Shown in pieces: positions 38,852 through 50,879 of a DNA stretch of 64,000 nt (the stretch's first letter is position 1; each line of letters begins with the position of its first letter). The position numbers were made by a program, and so were the translations under genes. The stretch is from Chiloscyllium plagiosum (Eukaryota): assembly GCF_004010195.1 (NCBI RefSeq), contig NC_057718.1:2552996-2616995 (forward strand). Reading direction: 5' to 3'. The notes below the pieces were generated by a model. That model was given only the letters and a program-made list of their open reading frames with translations, did not search any database and had not been told where the DNA came from.

Positions 38852-39110
38852 CCAGGTGGGAGTCTTTGAATTACAGTTATCATCTTCTGAGAGGAGCTGC
38901 TGTGTGAAACAACCTCACACCAGAGCTCTGATGGAGAATTTCCATGTACGGAGACTCCTGGCATGGACTGCCCAGCTCTGAGATTGTCATGGCTTGTTTG
39001 GATGGTCAATGATGGTGAAGGATTGGAGGCTGTGTAGGAAATTCCATATAATTGAGCCTCTCCATGCACTGTGAAGTGGCTCAGTGCGTAGATCCCGGAA
39101 ATGATACCAA
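38852..39110 (-). pseudogene. Possible decayed Ig constant-type exon
   Basis: Acceptor catttcccag; fragments QC…IIWN…RTWK…ELWCEVVSHSS spread across frames; lies downstream of the minus-strand VJ exons. Weak. Confidence 0.28.
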
Positions 39111-41359
39111 CTGGGAAATGCAGGTTCACAAGGGAGGATTCAGGGTCAAGGATCTTTTTTACAGGAACTCCCAGAATTGTTTTATTCACTCATGGAATGT
39201 GGCTGTCACTGGCTGGGCCTGTCCCTAATTACCCTTGAGAAGGTGGTGCTGAGCTGCTTTCTTGAACCACTGCAGTCTATCCAATCAATAACCTCAATCT
39301 AAATTCACTTAATGTCAATAGACACAAATATCCAATAATGACATGGTGTTAACACACTGTTTTTATGCCAAGTTTGCAGTAATAATTTGTCTAACGCCTT
39401 TCTTAAAAAAATGAAAGAAATCTGAGAAAAGTGTTTCAATATTGAGCTTTGAAGTAATTAGTAAATGGGTTTTATTGATCATCCTACAATTATTTATTAA
39501 TCTTATAATGAACATCTTAAACACAAGCAAAGAATATGCAAATAATTGGCATTAATTGATGGCTGAATAAGAAAGCTTCTAAAGGCATCTCAGTTACATC
39601 ATAGTAACTCAGAATTAATATCCTGCTGATTATAATTTTACAGCTGATATCACTGTCAAAAATGGATATAAATGATTAAATCAATTTTGGATTAGAAATA
39701 ATGAAGATTTGCATTTATATAGTGCCTTTCTTACCAACGGATGTCCAAAAGTACTTGGCAGCCTCTGAAATATATTTACAGTGTTTCTCCTGTTGTCAGG
39801 CAGAACATTGTAATTATTGTCTCTGGAGATCATAGCCAGAAACAGCACAGAATATGAACACTTACCCCATAGAATCCTCACTGGTCCTCTAATAGATGCA
39901 CCCAATTAATTGCACTTTCTACTTTGTCCAATTTCTCCATCCAGAGAAAGTTATTTTTGAATGTGCTTTACAATAGGCAGTATTGATCAGATCACAGCAA
40001 CCCATAATCCCCTTCTCACTCCTTTGACCAGTTATATTAAGTCTGTGACATCTACTCACAGCCCTTTCTCCTAATTTATTCATCCATCAAAACTATTTGA
40101 TCAAAGTCAATCTCTTTGTAAACATCTGAGGAAAACATATCCAGCTTCCTCAGGCATTTCATTGTAAAAGTCTCATTCTAGTGAACCTCCTCTGCACCAT
40201 CTTCACGGCCTTACTGTTGATTGTGAAGTGTGACAACTCGGGATGAACAGTTAACCCTGTATACAGGAACCACTGCCCTGTCTTCACCATCCCCCCCTCC
40301 CCACCCATCCATAACACTCAAATTTTATATCTCTATGTGTGTCTGTGTCTATCAGTGTGTGCATAACGGGGAGTTTGTAAAGGGTTTAGAGTTTTGACTC
40401 ATGGAATTATATGCTGACTGTTTACTGGTAGCTAGAGTCTAACTGTTTACACAAACCTGCTCTGTGCTTTCTGACAATCTGGGTCGAAGAGTGAGGTAAA
40501 CTGGGGAATCCTTGTATTTTTTGAAAAAATCTTTAACATTTATGATGACTCCGGAAATAATTGGATTTAGTTTCCAGCGTAATGCCCCAGTGAGCAGTAA
40601 CAGTTTGTCGTCTTCACTGTTTACTACCTTTTCAAGTTGTGTGCCATTCACACATTTGGAATGAACCTTCTGTATAACCAAGTCTAATAGGTATCCAAAA
40701 AGGCAGTGATCCAATTAGCTGAACAATTAATGGCGTTAATAAGTCCGTCTATTAAATATGTTGGGATTTAGGTACTTGTGTTTAGGACAAGTTAAAACAT
40801 CAAGTTTATGCACTTGTCTGGGCTGGGCTAGGCTGGAGCTCTCCAACTGCGGGTCATGACCCCAGTCCAAGAGGTTTTTGATGTCGGTGACCATGGACAG
40901 GAGCTTCTCTGAGGTCCATATGGTCTGATGGTGCACATGCTCCATTTGCTTCCCTCCCCCTTGCCTCACAGCCCGTGGTCAGGTCGCTCCATTGGGAATG
41001 GTGTTTGGGGGTATGGTAAGTGGGGGGAGGGAAGGGTATACCACTGTTAGGTTGCGATGAGAGGGTCATGCCAGGATGTAGCCCCTGTTCGTGCAACACT
41101 CCCAAAGAGTCTGTGGAAAGGGAGGACCCAGTGTCCGTTAGCATCATCCCGGCATTTAGGAAGATGTGTTCACAGTGGGGGCGGGGGGTGGGGGTGGGGG
41201 TGGGGCGGGTGTGCTGGAGTACATTAACTCCTGTTCCAATATCATTTTAAATTCATACCTCCTGCTTTCCCAACATTGTATTTTCTTTTTTCATTGTTTG
41301 CATTGGTGAGCAGTGTTTGTTAATTGTTACTCACTTAGTTGTTTAATGAGTAGTATTTT

Positions 41360-42060
41360 TGATTCTCTCATGAGATGTGGGTGTCACTGGCTGGGTCCAG
41401 CATTTATTACCCATCCCTAGTTGCCCCTTGAGAAGGTGGGGGTGAGTTGCCTTCTTGAACCGCTACTGTCCATGTGCTGTGGGTTGACCCACAATGCCCT
41501 CAGAGAGGGAATTCCAGGATTCTGACCCAGCGACACTGAAGGAACAGCAATATATTTTCAAGTCAAGATGTAAGGGGCTCAGAGGGGAACTTGCAGGGGT
41601 GGTGTTCCCATGGACCTGTTGCTCTTGTCTTTCAAGGACTGGATGTGAGTTTGGAAGGTGCTGTCCAAATATCTTTGGTGAATTTCTGGAGTCCATCTTG
41701 TAGGTAGTACACATTGCTGCTACTGAGCATTGATGGTGGAGAGAGTGGATATTTGTGGATGTGGTGCCAATCAAGTGGCTACTTTGTCCTGGATGGTGTC
41801 AAGTTTCTTAAGTGTTGTTGGAGCTGCACCCATCCAGGCAAGTGGGGAATATTCCATCACACTCCTGACTTGTGCCTTGTAGATGGTGGATAGACTTTAG
41901 GAGGTCAGGAGGTGAGTTAATCTCCGCAATATTCCTAACCTCTGACCTGCTCTTGTGGCCATTGTGTTTATGTGGTGAGCGTAATTGAGTTTCTGGTCAA
42001 TGGTAAACCTCAGGGTGTTGATAGTGGGGGATTCAGTGATGATAACACCAGTGATGATGT
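41360..42060 (-). mobile_element. CR1/L2-type LINE 3' fragment
   Basis: TIDQKLNYAHHINTMATRAGQRLGILRR; family 3' tail. Confidence 0.8.
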
Positions 42061-42444
42061 TATCGGTGGATAACAGAAAACTGTTCAATAAATAAGGAAC
42101 CACTGATAATCGGACAGCTGGAAAGATCAGGTTAAACCGCAATCAATGAGATTATCTCTGAGATAGAGGCACCACTGGACAGGGTTCTGGAAATGGGTTG
42201 GTTAAGGATGGGGCAGTCTTTATTGTGAGATTATTAGAGAGAACAGACGGTGTGATGTGATAGCAGAATATAATCATTATTTTAACATCTTATTAAAATT
42301 ACACTGAAAGATGTAAACAAACAGCAATTAGCTCTTTTTTTGAATTCTTGTTTTTCCTAACAGAAGAGGTTTTATTAAGTGTCAATATTCCAGTTTTCAC
42401 CCTGTGTTTGATGATTTATAAATGATATTTCTTTCCCCCAACAG

Positions 42445-42780
42445 CAGAGAGACCAGTTCTGTTCCAGTCTCCAGCAGTACACAGTGTGATACAGGGTATC
42501 TCTGACAGATTCCAGTGTAGCATGGAGAATGCCAATGTCAGCAAACTCACTGTCACTTGGTTCAAGCAAGGATCCAGCAGACAGGAGCTGCTAACATCCG
42601 ATTCACATGACAATGTCCACCGTAACCCAGGAGTGACAGCACACTTCCAACCTTCAAGGGATGTCTCCAATAACAGCTACATCCTGAACATCACAAACGT
42701 GCAACTCAGTGACAATGCTGTCTATGTTTGTAGTGTGCAGGGATCGATCTACGGGGCAGGAACCCAGCTGAATGTAACCA
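42445..42780 (+). CDS. Intact germline-joined Ig VJ-type domain exon (non-rearranging antigen-receptor-like gene)
   Basis: Acceptor ttcccccaacag, donor GTAAGT at 42781, phase 1/1. ERPVLFQSP…FQC…VTWFKQ…YILNITNVQLSDNAVYVC-SVQGSI-YGAGTQLNVT shows B-Cys, C-Trp, DxAxYxC and the J-type GxGTxLxV motif in one exon, with no RSS. Confidence 0.9.
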
Positions 42781-43059
42781 GTAAGTAAATATTCGATCCC
42801 ACTTGCAGGCTCATAGGGACAGCACTATCACAAGCACCAGACCAATCAGCAAGGGAAAGTTTTGGTGTGGGTTTGGTGGGGCTGGGAGAAGGTGACAGGA
42901 GGGGAGATGAAAACCCCTGCAAGGAACTGCTTCAGGTTGGAGTTACAGCTGATGCCAGAACAGAGAATAAAAGAAAAGTCACCATCATCTTAGACCATAG
43001 GGCTGCAGTAACTCCAGGTTACTGAGGGAAGCGAGAGAGGAAATAACTGGGGCTTTAAC

Positions 43060-44625
43060 AGATATCTTTGCAGCATCCATGAACACAGGTGAAGTCCTGG
43101 AGAACTGGAGAATTAATAATGTTATCCCCTTGTTTAAGAAGGGTAGCTGGGATAATCCAGGTAATTACAGACCGGTGAGCCTGATGTTAGTGGTAGGGAA
43201 GCTACTGGAGAAGGTACTGGAGATGCTGGAAACCAGAGTCTAGATTAGAGTGGTGCTGAAAAGCACAGCAGTTCAGGCAGCATCCGAGGAGCAGTAAAAT
43301 CGATGTTTCGGGCAAAAGCCCTTCATCAGGAATACAGCTATATTCCCGATGAAGGGCTTTTGCCCGAAACGTTGATTTTACTGCTCCTCGGATGCTGCCT
43401 GAACTGCTGTGCTTTTCCAGCACCACTCTAATCTAGACAGAGGATAGGATCTTTTGCCATTTGGAAGAAAATGGGCTTATCAGTAATGAACAGAATGGCT
43501 TTGTGAGGGGAAGGTCATGTCTTGCCAACTTAATAGAATTCTTTGAGGTGACAAAGTTGATTGATGAGGGAAAGGCTGTAATTGTCATATACATGGATTT
43601 GAGCAAGGAGTTTGATAAGGATCCCTATGGTAGGCTGATGAAGAAAGTAAGTTGCACGGGGTTCAAGATGTTCTCGCTATATGGATAGAGAACTGGCTGG
43701 GCAAAAGGAGACAGAGAGTGGTAGTGGAAGGGAGTTTCTCAAAATGGAGACCTGTGACCAGTGGTGTTCTCAGGGACCCGTGCTGGGACCACTGTTGTTT
43801 GTGATATCTGCCATTTCTCTGCCCAACTTTCCAATCTGTCTATATTCTGCTGTATTCTCTGACAGTTTCTTCACTATCTGCTACTCCACCCACCTTCATG
43901 TCATTTGCAAACTTGCTAATCAGTCAACTGATACCTTCTTCCAGATCATTTTTTAATAAATATATAATATATATATATAAATAATTTGGAGGAAGGTATC
44001 GGTTGCCTGATTAGTAAGTTTACAGATAACACAAAGATAGATTAGAGAGTTGGGCAGAGAAATGGAAGATGGAGTTCAATCCAGCAAATACGAGGTGATA
44101 CATTTTGGAACATCCGAATCAGGACTTTTCCACTTATACATTTATACATGCTTTCCTTCATTGGACAGGGTATTGAGTACAAGAATTGGCTGGTCATGTT
44201 ACAGTTGTATAAGACTTTGGTTCGGCCACATTTGAACACTGCATACAGTTCTGGTCGCCACATTACCAAAAGGATGTGGATGCTTTGGAGAGGGAGCAGA
44301 GGAGGTTCACCAGGGGGGACTCAATTACTAGGGGTCACGAGTTCAAAGTGAGTGGGGAAAGGTTTAGAGGAGAGGAGATATGCACGGAAAGATCTTTAAG
44401 CAAAGGATGGTGGGAGCCTGTAACACATTGCTAGTGGAAGTGGTAGAGGCGGGAACGATAGTGTTATTTAAGATGTATCTGGACAGATACATGAATGGGC
44501 AGGGAGCAGAGGGTTACAGATCTTTAAAAAATAGGTGGCAGGTTTAGATAGAGAATCTGGATTGGCACAGGCTTGGAGGGTCAAAGGACTTGTTCATGTA
44601 CTATAATTCTCTTTGTTCTTTCTTT
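43060..44625 (+). mobile_element. CR1 LINE RT fragments
   Basis: QNGFVRGRSCLANLIEFF, YMDLSKEFDK, LQLYKTLVRPHL. Confidence 0.82.
43218..43436. mobile_element. Penelope-terminus inverted dimer with hammerhead-like cores on both strands
   Basis: Near-perfect ~95-bp inverted arms around a 10-nt loop; c(t/c)gatgaagggcttttgcccgaaac on each strand. Confidence 0.8.
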
Positions 44626-45519
44626 GTTCTCTCACCGAGAGGGAGAGAACTGGTGGTGGTTTAACCTGAGGGTCACCACACCTCAGGTCAGGGGAGAGGT
44701 TGAGAAGGACAGCGAAGGAGAAGGAGGTCTACAATTGATTAGAAAACAGGGTTATACAGGTGGAGGCAGGGAACATTGTTGAAGTGTTAAATGATCAATT
44801 TTCACCTGTCCTTACCAAAACCAGGAGGATGCCGCATAGATCATAGTGACGGAGGAGGCAACTATGACATGAGAAGGGACCAAAATTGATCAGGAAGACG
44901 TCTTGGATAGATTTTTAAAGTTGACAAGACACAGGCACCAGGTGAGATGCATCCAAGGATTTAGGAGGAAGTGAGAGGTGAGTGTGCAAGGTCACTGGTC
45001 ACAATCTTTCAGAGATGCCAGAAACCTGGAGAATTGTAAAGCTCATGTTCTTGTTCAGACAAGGCTGTGAAGATGATTGCAGCAATTACAGCCCAGTCTG
45101 TTTCACTGGTGAGGTTCAGAAACATTTCCTGCAGAGAAATGGTCTGAAACCAATGAACGGAAGTGCTTTGGTTAAGTGTAGACCACATTGTCAGTGAATA
45201 TCAGCCCAGTAAACCACACAGAGCTTGGGAGGGAAGGGGAAACGAAACAGCCGATATACATTTGGTTTCCCTCATGTTACTTTATACATCTGTATAGATA
45301 TCACACTTTGTATAAATAGTGAAACTGTGAGAAAACTTCACTCAAATTGCATCAAAAATACACACGGCACTGGGGAGATGTCACTGGGCTGGTCATTCAG
45401 ATTTGCTACGCTAATGCTTGATTCCAATAATGGCAAAATGCAAACTCAGTTAAAAACCAAGAAACTGAACTGGACTTACTACATAAACGCAATGGTTACA
45501 TGAGCAGATTAGAGGCTAG

Positions 45520-46601
45520 TGTTATGACACGGTGATGAATCCTTAATTAAAACCAAACACCCAAAAGAGCTCACCTCGTCTCGTAATATGTTAAAGTATG
45601 AGTGACAGAGAACTCCCAACTTCCACTATTTAAAGAAAGGGTATAAATTTATTTATTAACTCTAAAATGAACATTAAACGACAACTGTTTACAACTCTCT
45701 CCTCCTTTCTCTTAAAGATTTGTTATCAATTTCTGACTCGAAAACAATGTACTGATCCAATAAAAGCCCCTATTAAAATTATATCAACTTAATTTTCAAA
45801 ACCATCCAGCAGCTGTCGTCACCGGTGTCAGTCTTCTTTCAGCTGTAGATCTCCCTGGGCCATTTCCGGTCTTTTGTGGCAAAGATGTTTCATATGAAAA
45901 AGGTACCTTTACCTTTGATAGAGAGAGTTTTTTAGATTAGATTAGATTAGATTAGATTACTTACAGTGTGGAAACAGGCCCTTTGGCCCAACAAGTCCAC
46001 ACCGACCCGCCGAAGTGCAACCCACCCATACCCCTACATTTACCCCTTACCTAACACTACGGGCAATTTAGCATGGCCAATTCACCCTGACCTGCACATC
46101 TTTTGGACTGTGGGAGGAAACCGGAGCACCCGGAGGAAACCCACACAGACACGGGGAGAACGTGCAAACTCCACACAGTCAGTCGCCTGAGGCAGGAATT
46201 GAACCTGGGTCTCTGGCGCTGTGAGGCAGCAGTGCTAACCACTGTGCCACCGTGCCGCCCCCAGTTTTGTTACCAGTTACTCTGATTTTAGCAGTTGGTT
46301 GCTCTGTTTGGCTAACTCTCAAAGTGCCCGCTTCTTTATACCCCAAACATCAGATTGTCTCATTGGTTCGAGGTTGACAAAAGCAATAAATTCAAATTCA
46401 ATTGAGTTTTAGTATCCTGGGGCATATTCAAACTGATTAAATTTGAACGGTTGTGAAAACAGCTAAATGTTGCATATTTTCAATTTTCCAGTTCACTCTG
46501 AGTCTGCTAGTCAATCACATGACTGGTGCCTACCAGCTCTCAGTGCAAAACAGCTTTTTCTATCTCTTAAATGTACAGTAAATGCTTTCAACCTCATAAC
46601 A
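45520..46601. mobile_element. Solo LTR with nested HE1 SINE
   Basis: Inverted termini TGTTATGA…TCATAACA; flanks ctag/cttg (4-bp TSD with 1 mismatch). Confidence 0.75.
45930..46262 (-). mobile_element. HE1-type tRNA-derived SINE, full length
   Basis: ggcggcacggtggcacagtggttagcactgctgcctcacagcgccag head with A/B boxes; (TAATC)n tail. Confidence 0.88.
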
Positions 46602-47560
46602 CTTGGAGTACTTCAGTAAGTAACTCACTTCCTGACTCCCGAAAGCCTGTCCACCATCTACAATGCACAATTCAGGAGTGTAATGGAAAACTCTCCACTT
46701 GCTTGGATGGGTGCAGGTCCATCAACACTAAAGAAACTTGACACCATTAGGGACAAAACAATCCAATTGGCACCACATCCAGAAGCATCCATTCCCTCTA
46801 CTATCAATGCTCAGAAACAACAGTGTGTTCTATCTCCAAGATGCACTGCAGAAAGTCACCAAGAAATCCTGATTCACCTCCTTCCAAACCCACAATGAAT
46901 TCTATCTAGCAGGACAAGGGTAAGAGATATATGGAACACCACACCCTGAAAGTTCCAGGTGGACTGAGAATATACTGACAAAAAGTGTCCTCCTGAAGCT
47001 ATTTATGAAATCCCTTCATTTCCTTTTCCTTTAATCCAAAGCTATTCTAATCATTATTTGGGTAACTAAAGTTCCTGGTTGTCGCTGTTCCATAATTATT
47101 TTATATCTCTGCAATATCCTTGGAGATTTGCTTTTCTCTCTCTCTTGTGATCATCTCCTGTTTGCTACTCATCACCATTTCACCCTCAGAAACCTGCTCA
47201 ACGTTTCTATCTCCCCCATCACTGCACTGTTTCACTCCACCTCCTCCAATCATCACAAGGCTTTCCCACTTTCTCCAAATGTCTGTCCAACATGAGAACA
47301 CAGTGAAGATGAAACATCCCCTTCAGCTCAGCAAACAGCCTAACTGTACTCACCCTCATAGATACTTCTGAGGCTACACCCAGAGAGGGGAAACTTTGGG
47401 GAATGACCGAACCTGAGCTGACCTTCCTCCCCGCAGTGAATCCATCCCTGAGATCACTCTACATCACTTCCTCAATCATCTTGATTACAAACTGATCTCC
47501 AATTCATTCATTGGGCAAGAGGTTATTGTTGGAGGAAATTGTCACATAAACTCTACTTAC

Positions 47561-47912
47561 TGTCAACAATGAGCAGGTTTCCTCTTCCATAGATCTTTCC
47601 CCAGACTGAGCAGTAATAGACCCCAGTGTCATTGGGCTGCACGTTTGTGATGGTCAGAATGAAGCTGTTACGGAGGGGTCTCTGGAAGGCTGGGATTGAT
47701 CAGTGAATCCTGAGTGCCATTGCACAGAATTCCATTTGCAATGTTCCAAAATCCACTCCCTTTGATGTCCTGCTTGCTCCTAGTCCCAGTGAACGTTGGT
47801 GTGTGTCACTGCAGCGTTCTTCATGGTGCACTGTAACCGGGCAGTGTGACCCTCGGTGACCCAGTGTGACCCTCCAGGCTCGGAGACTGGAGAAGGACTG
47901 GGGGATTTGCAC
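47561..47912 (-). pseudogene. Pseudogenised germline-joined VJ exon
   Basis: Manual minus-strand translation: ANPPVLLQSPSLE/VTEGHTARLQCTMKNAAVTHTNVHWD*EQAGHQREWILEH…FTDQSQPSRDPS/NSFILTITNVQPNDTGVYYCSVWGKIYGRGNLLIVD|GTAAGT; two frameshifts and an in-frame TAG. Confidence 0.9.
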
Positions 47913-48087
47913 CTTTGAAGTAAAAAATACCAATAAACAAACAGCAGTCTGATTGTTCTAAACTCCCGCCAGGATTTAAAGGGACCCTCCCTGCAGTCTC
48001 AATCTTACATTAAAGAGAGGGAACAGGTTGTCAGACTGTATCAGTTGTGATGGTTTGTTCCTGATTGATATCCTGGCTATCAGTCAC

Positions 48088-48132
48088 TGTGTGCTGAGAA
48101 CAGCAATACAGATGTTGCTATAACAGTGACAT
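48088..48132 (-). pseudogene. Probable decayed leader exon of the 47.5-kb VJ exon
   Basis: ATG followed (after a 1-nt frameshift) by hydrophobic TVIATSVLLFSAH, phase-1 end and GTGACT donor-like site about 175 nt upstream of the V acceptor. Confidence 0.5.
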
Positions 48133-48464
48133 GTTGAGCTCACACTGTCGAACCGCTGTCTGACACAAGCTAACTCGCACACACTGCAATCCTCTTCACT
48201 GGACAATTCATAGTGGGAGAGGCTTCCTGACAATCCACAGCAGATGTGAGGATTGGAACTGGGAAGGGTCTGCTGCATTAGAAAAAGCAGCCAGATAGCA
48301 TTTAAAGGGGAAGGATTTCCCCAAAGATCAACAGAGATCCAGCCTCTCCAGCCTCAGCAAACTGAGGCCTCTCCACAGGTAAGGGTCCTGGGGGTCAGAC
48401 TGGGGGAAATGGGGAGTCTCTCCCTCCATTCCCTGGATACTGGATCTTAGAGCAGAGTAGCTTT

Positions 48465-48870
48465 TTTATTTGTCATTTCTACCATATACAATTGATACAG
48501 TAAAAATGAGACAGTGTTCCTCCAGGACCGAGGGTGCTACAGGAACAGCACAAACTACACACTCGTATACGGCATAAAGTGCATAAGAAGTGCAAAACAT
48601 GCAAGTTACAGTGTAATAGAAGAATGATAAATAATAGACATTTTTTGAGCAGCAATTCAAAGTTGTGCAATGAATTTCAGATGGAATACAGTGTGATCAC
48701 ATAGTGTTAAGGAGCCTGAAGGCTTGGGGGAAGAAACTGTTGCACAGTCTGGCCATGAGAGACAGAATGCTCCAGTATCTTCTGCCAGATGGCAGGAGGG
48801 AGATGAGTTTGAGTGAGGGGTGTCTGGGATCTTCCACAATGCTCTTAGCCATTCGGATGTAATGTGTGGC
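48465..48870 (-). mobile_element. Rex1/Babar-type LINE 3' end
   Basis: Minus strand reads LLPSGRRYWSILSLMARLCNSFFPQAFRLLN. Confidence 0.7.
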
Positions 48871-50879
48871 GTAAATGGTGGAGAATCTTTACCGTAATAT
48901 TTAATTGTTCTGTGTTTAATTACGTGGTTCTGTTTACTATAAGTGTCACTCTCATTGGTTAAATCTGGGTGGGGCACTGGGGTAAAGTGAACAAACCAGA
49001 AAGATCTGGAAATGGGCATTAAAGGATGAAGCAGATATTTTTAGGCACTAACCAGTTGAAGGAAGTGACATCCCTGCACAGTTCCATTGTATAAGATATA
49101 CAACAAAGTGACTCTGAGAATAACAGAGAGAGTTTAAATTGGCAGACTCCTGGATATTTTCTTCCTTTACGGATTGTGGATTCTGGGAATGAGGACCTGC
49201 TCACTCCAGTGATGGATGATCCAGATGTAACAGTGATCTGTCACAAGGTGATTCTCACCCACTATCTTAAAGCAGAGGATCAGTGAATATTTGAGGAAAT
49301 CGAACGAGCTACATAGATTCATAGAGTCATACAGCACAGAATCAGATCCTTCAGTCCAACTCATCCATGCTGACTGAGATTCCCAAAGTAAACTCATCTC
49401 ACTTGCCTGAGTTTGACCCATATCCTTCTAACCTTACTGAAAACTGAACATACTGCGGATGCTGTTAATCAGAAACAAAACAGAAATTGCTGGAAGAGCT
49501 CAGCAGGTCTGGCATCATCTGTCAATCGAAGTTAGAGTTACGTTTCTTTCTGGGGAAGGGTGACTCGTCCCAAAACGCTAACTCTGATTTCTCTCCACTG
49601 TTGCTGCCAGACCTGCTGAGTGTTTCCAGCAATTTCTATTTTTGTTCCCTCTATTGAGTTATAGTGCCACCAGAATAGTGAGGCCATTGGACAATAGATG
49701 GCAGTGTTGCACTATCATTTTCTATGAGTAAGATTGACACACTGACAGGCAAACTATCAGTTCATTGACAGTCACAGGTTTCACCAGCCCTGGAGTAGCT
49801 TCTGGAGAAGGATGGTGGTTTAACTGAGTAACAAACCAGAGCCCTACCATTCTGATTCAAATCTGTCACGTTGACTTGAAGAGGGAGCCCAGACACAGAC
49901 ACTCAGATTCTGGCTCAGGCACACTGTTCCTCACAAACAGTTTTTATAAAAAGGCTTTTCCACAAAGATTCCTCTGAAGCATCATCTCCATGTGACTATC
50001 ATAGTCAGACACCTCCAAAGCCAGATCCCAATCGTGGACGAGCTCCTGACTTCACAGCACCACGCCCAGCTTGAAGAAATAACATAAACAAAGTAGGATC
50101 ACTTTGTAAAGTTGGACAGATTGTTGAAGAAGACTTTAATACCTGGAGGAGATTTTTCTGAGAGTGGCATGCAACGTTTTTAACCACCTTGAGAGATAAA
50201 GCATGAGGTCCTTTTCAAGAATGTTCACGTGAGATTGTAGAAGTCTCAATGTTGTGAATTCTTCCATTGGCACTTTTCATAACTTCTTCCCTTACTGTGT
50301 GCAGCTTTATTCTTTTTATTTAAGGAGGGTTGCAAAGGCATTAGAGGTTGTTTGCAGGAGGCTTAACAGATCAATGTTTGGACTGAGTGAGTTGTCATGG
50401 GCTTGATTCAACTGCAGGGTAGAAGACTGAGGGGTAACTTGATTAAAGTGCGTAAGATCCTGAATAGCCTTGACAAGGTGGATGTGGAAAGGATGTTTCC
50501 TCTTGTGGGTCAGTCCAGAATCAAAGGGCACTGTTTAAAATTAGGGTCACCCTTGAGAGGGGAATGTCTTTCTCTAAGGGTTGTGTGACTTTGGAGCTCC
50601 TGCCTCAGAATGTAGTGGAGGAGGTGGGAATATCGAACATTTCTGTTATTAGGGAGATAGATTCTTGTTATGCAGGGATTAGGGGAGGTGGTGACCTAGT
50701 GGTACTATCACTAGACTATTAATCCAGAGAACCAGCTAATGTTCTGAGAGCCTGGTTTGAATCCTGCTACGATGGATGGTAGAATTTGCACTCAACTCTG
50801 GAGTTAAAAATTGACTGATGACCACAAAATCATTGCAGCACTTCTACCTGTGAACCAGCTATGTCATTAGCGAGGGCAA

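Noticed and set aside
40928-41015. ATG-initiated phase-1 exon candidate with G|GTAAGT as leader for the intact VJ exon
   Set aside because: MVHMLHLLPSPLPHSPWSGRSIGNGVWGY lacks a hydrophobic signal core; the phase match may be chance.
42781-42840. Recombination signal sequences beside the V exons
   Set aside because: No heptamer-spacer-nonamer seen; J is already fused in frame.
46190-46262. tRNA-like A/B boxes
   Set aside because: These are heads of HE1-type SINEs, not tRNA genes.
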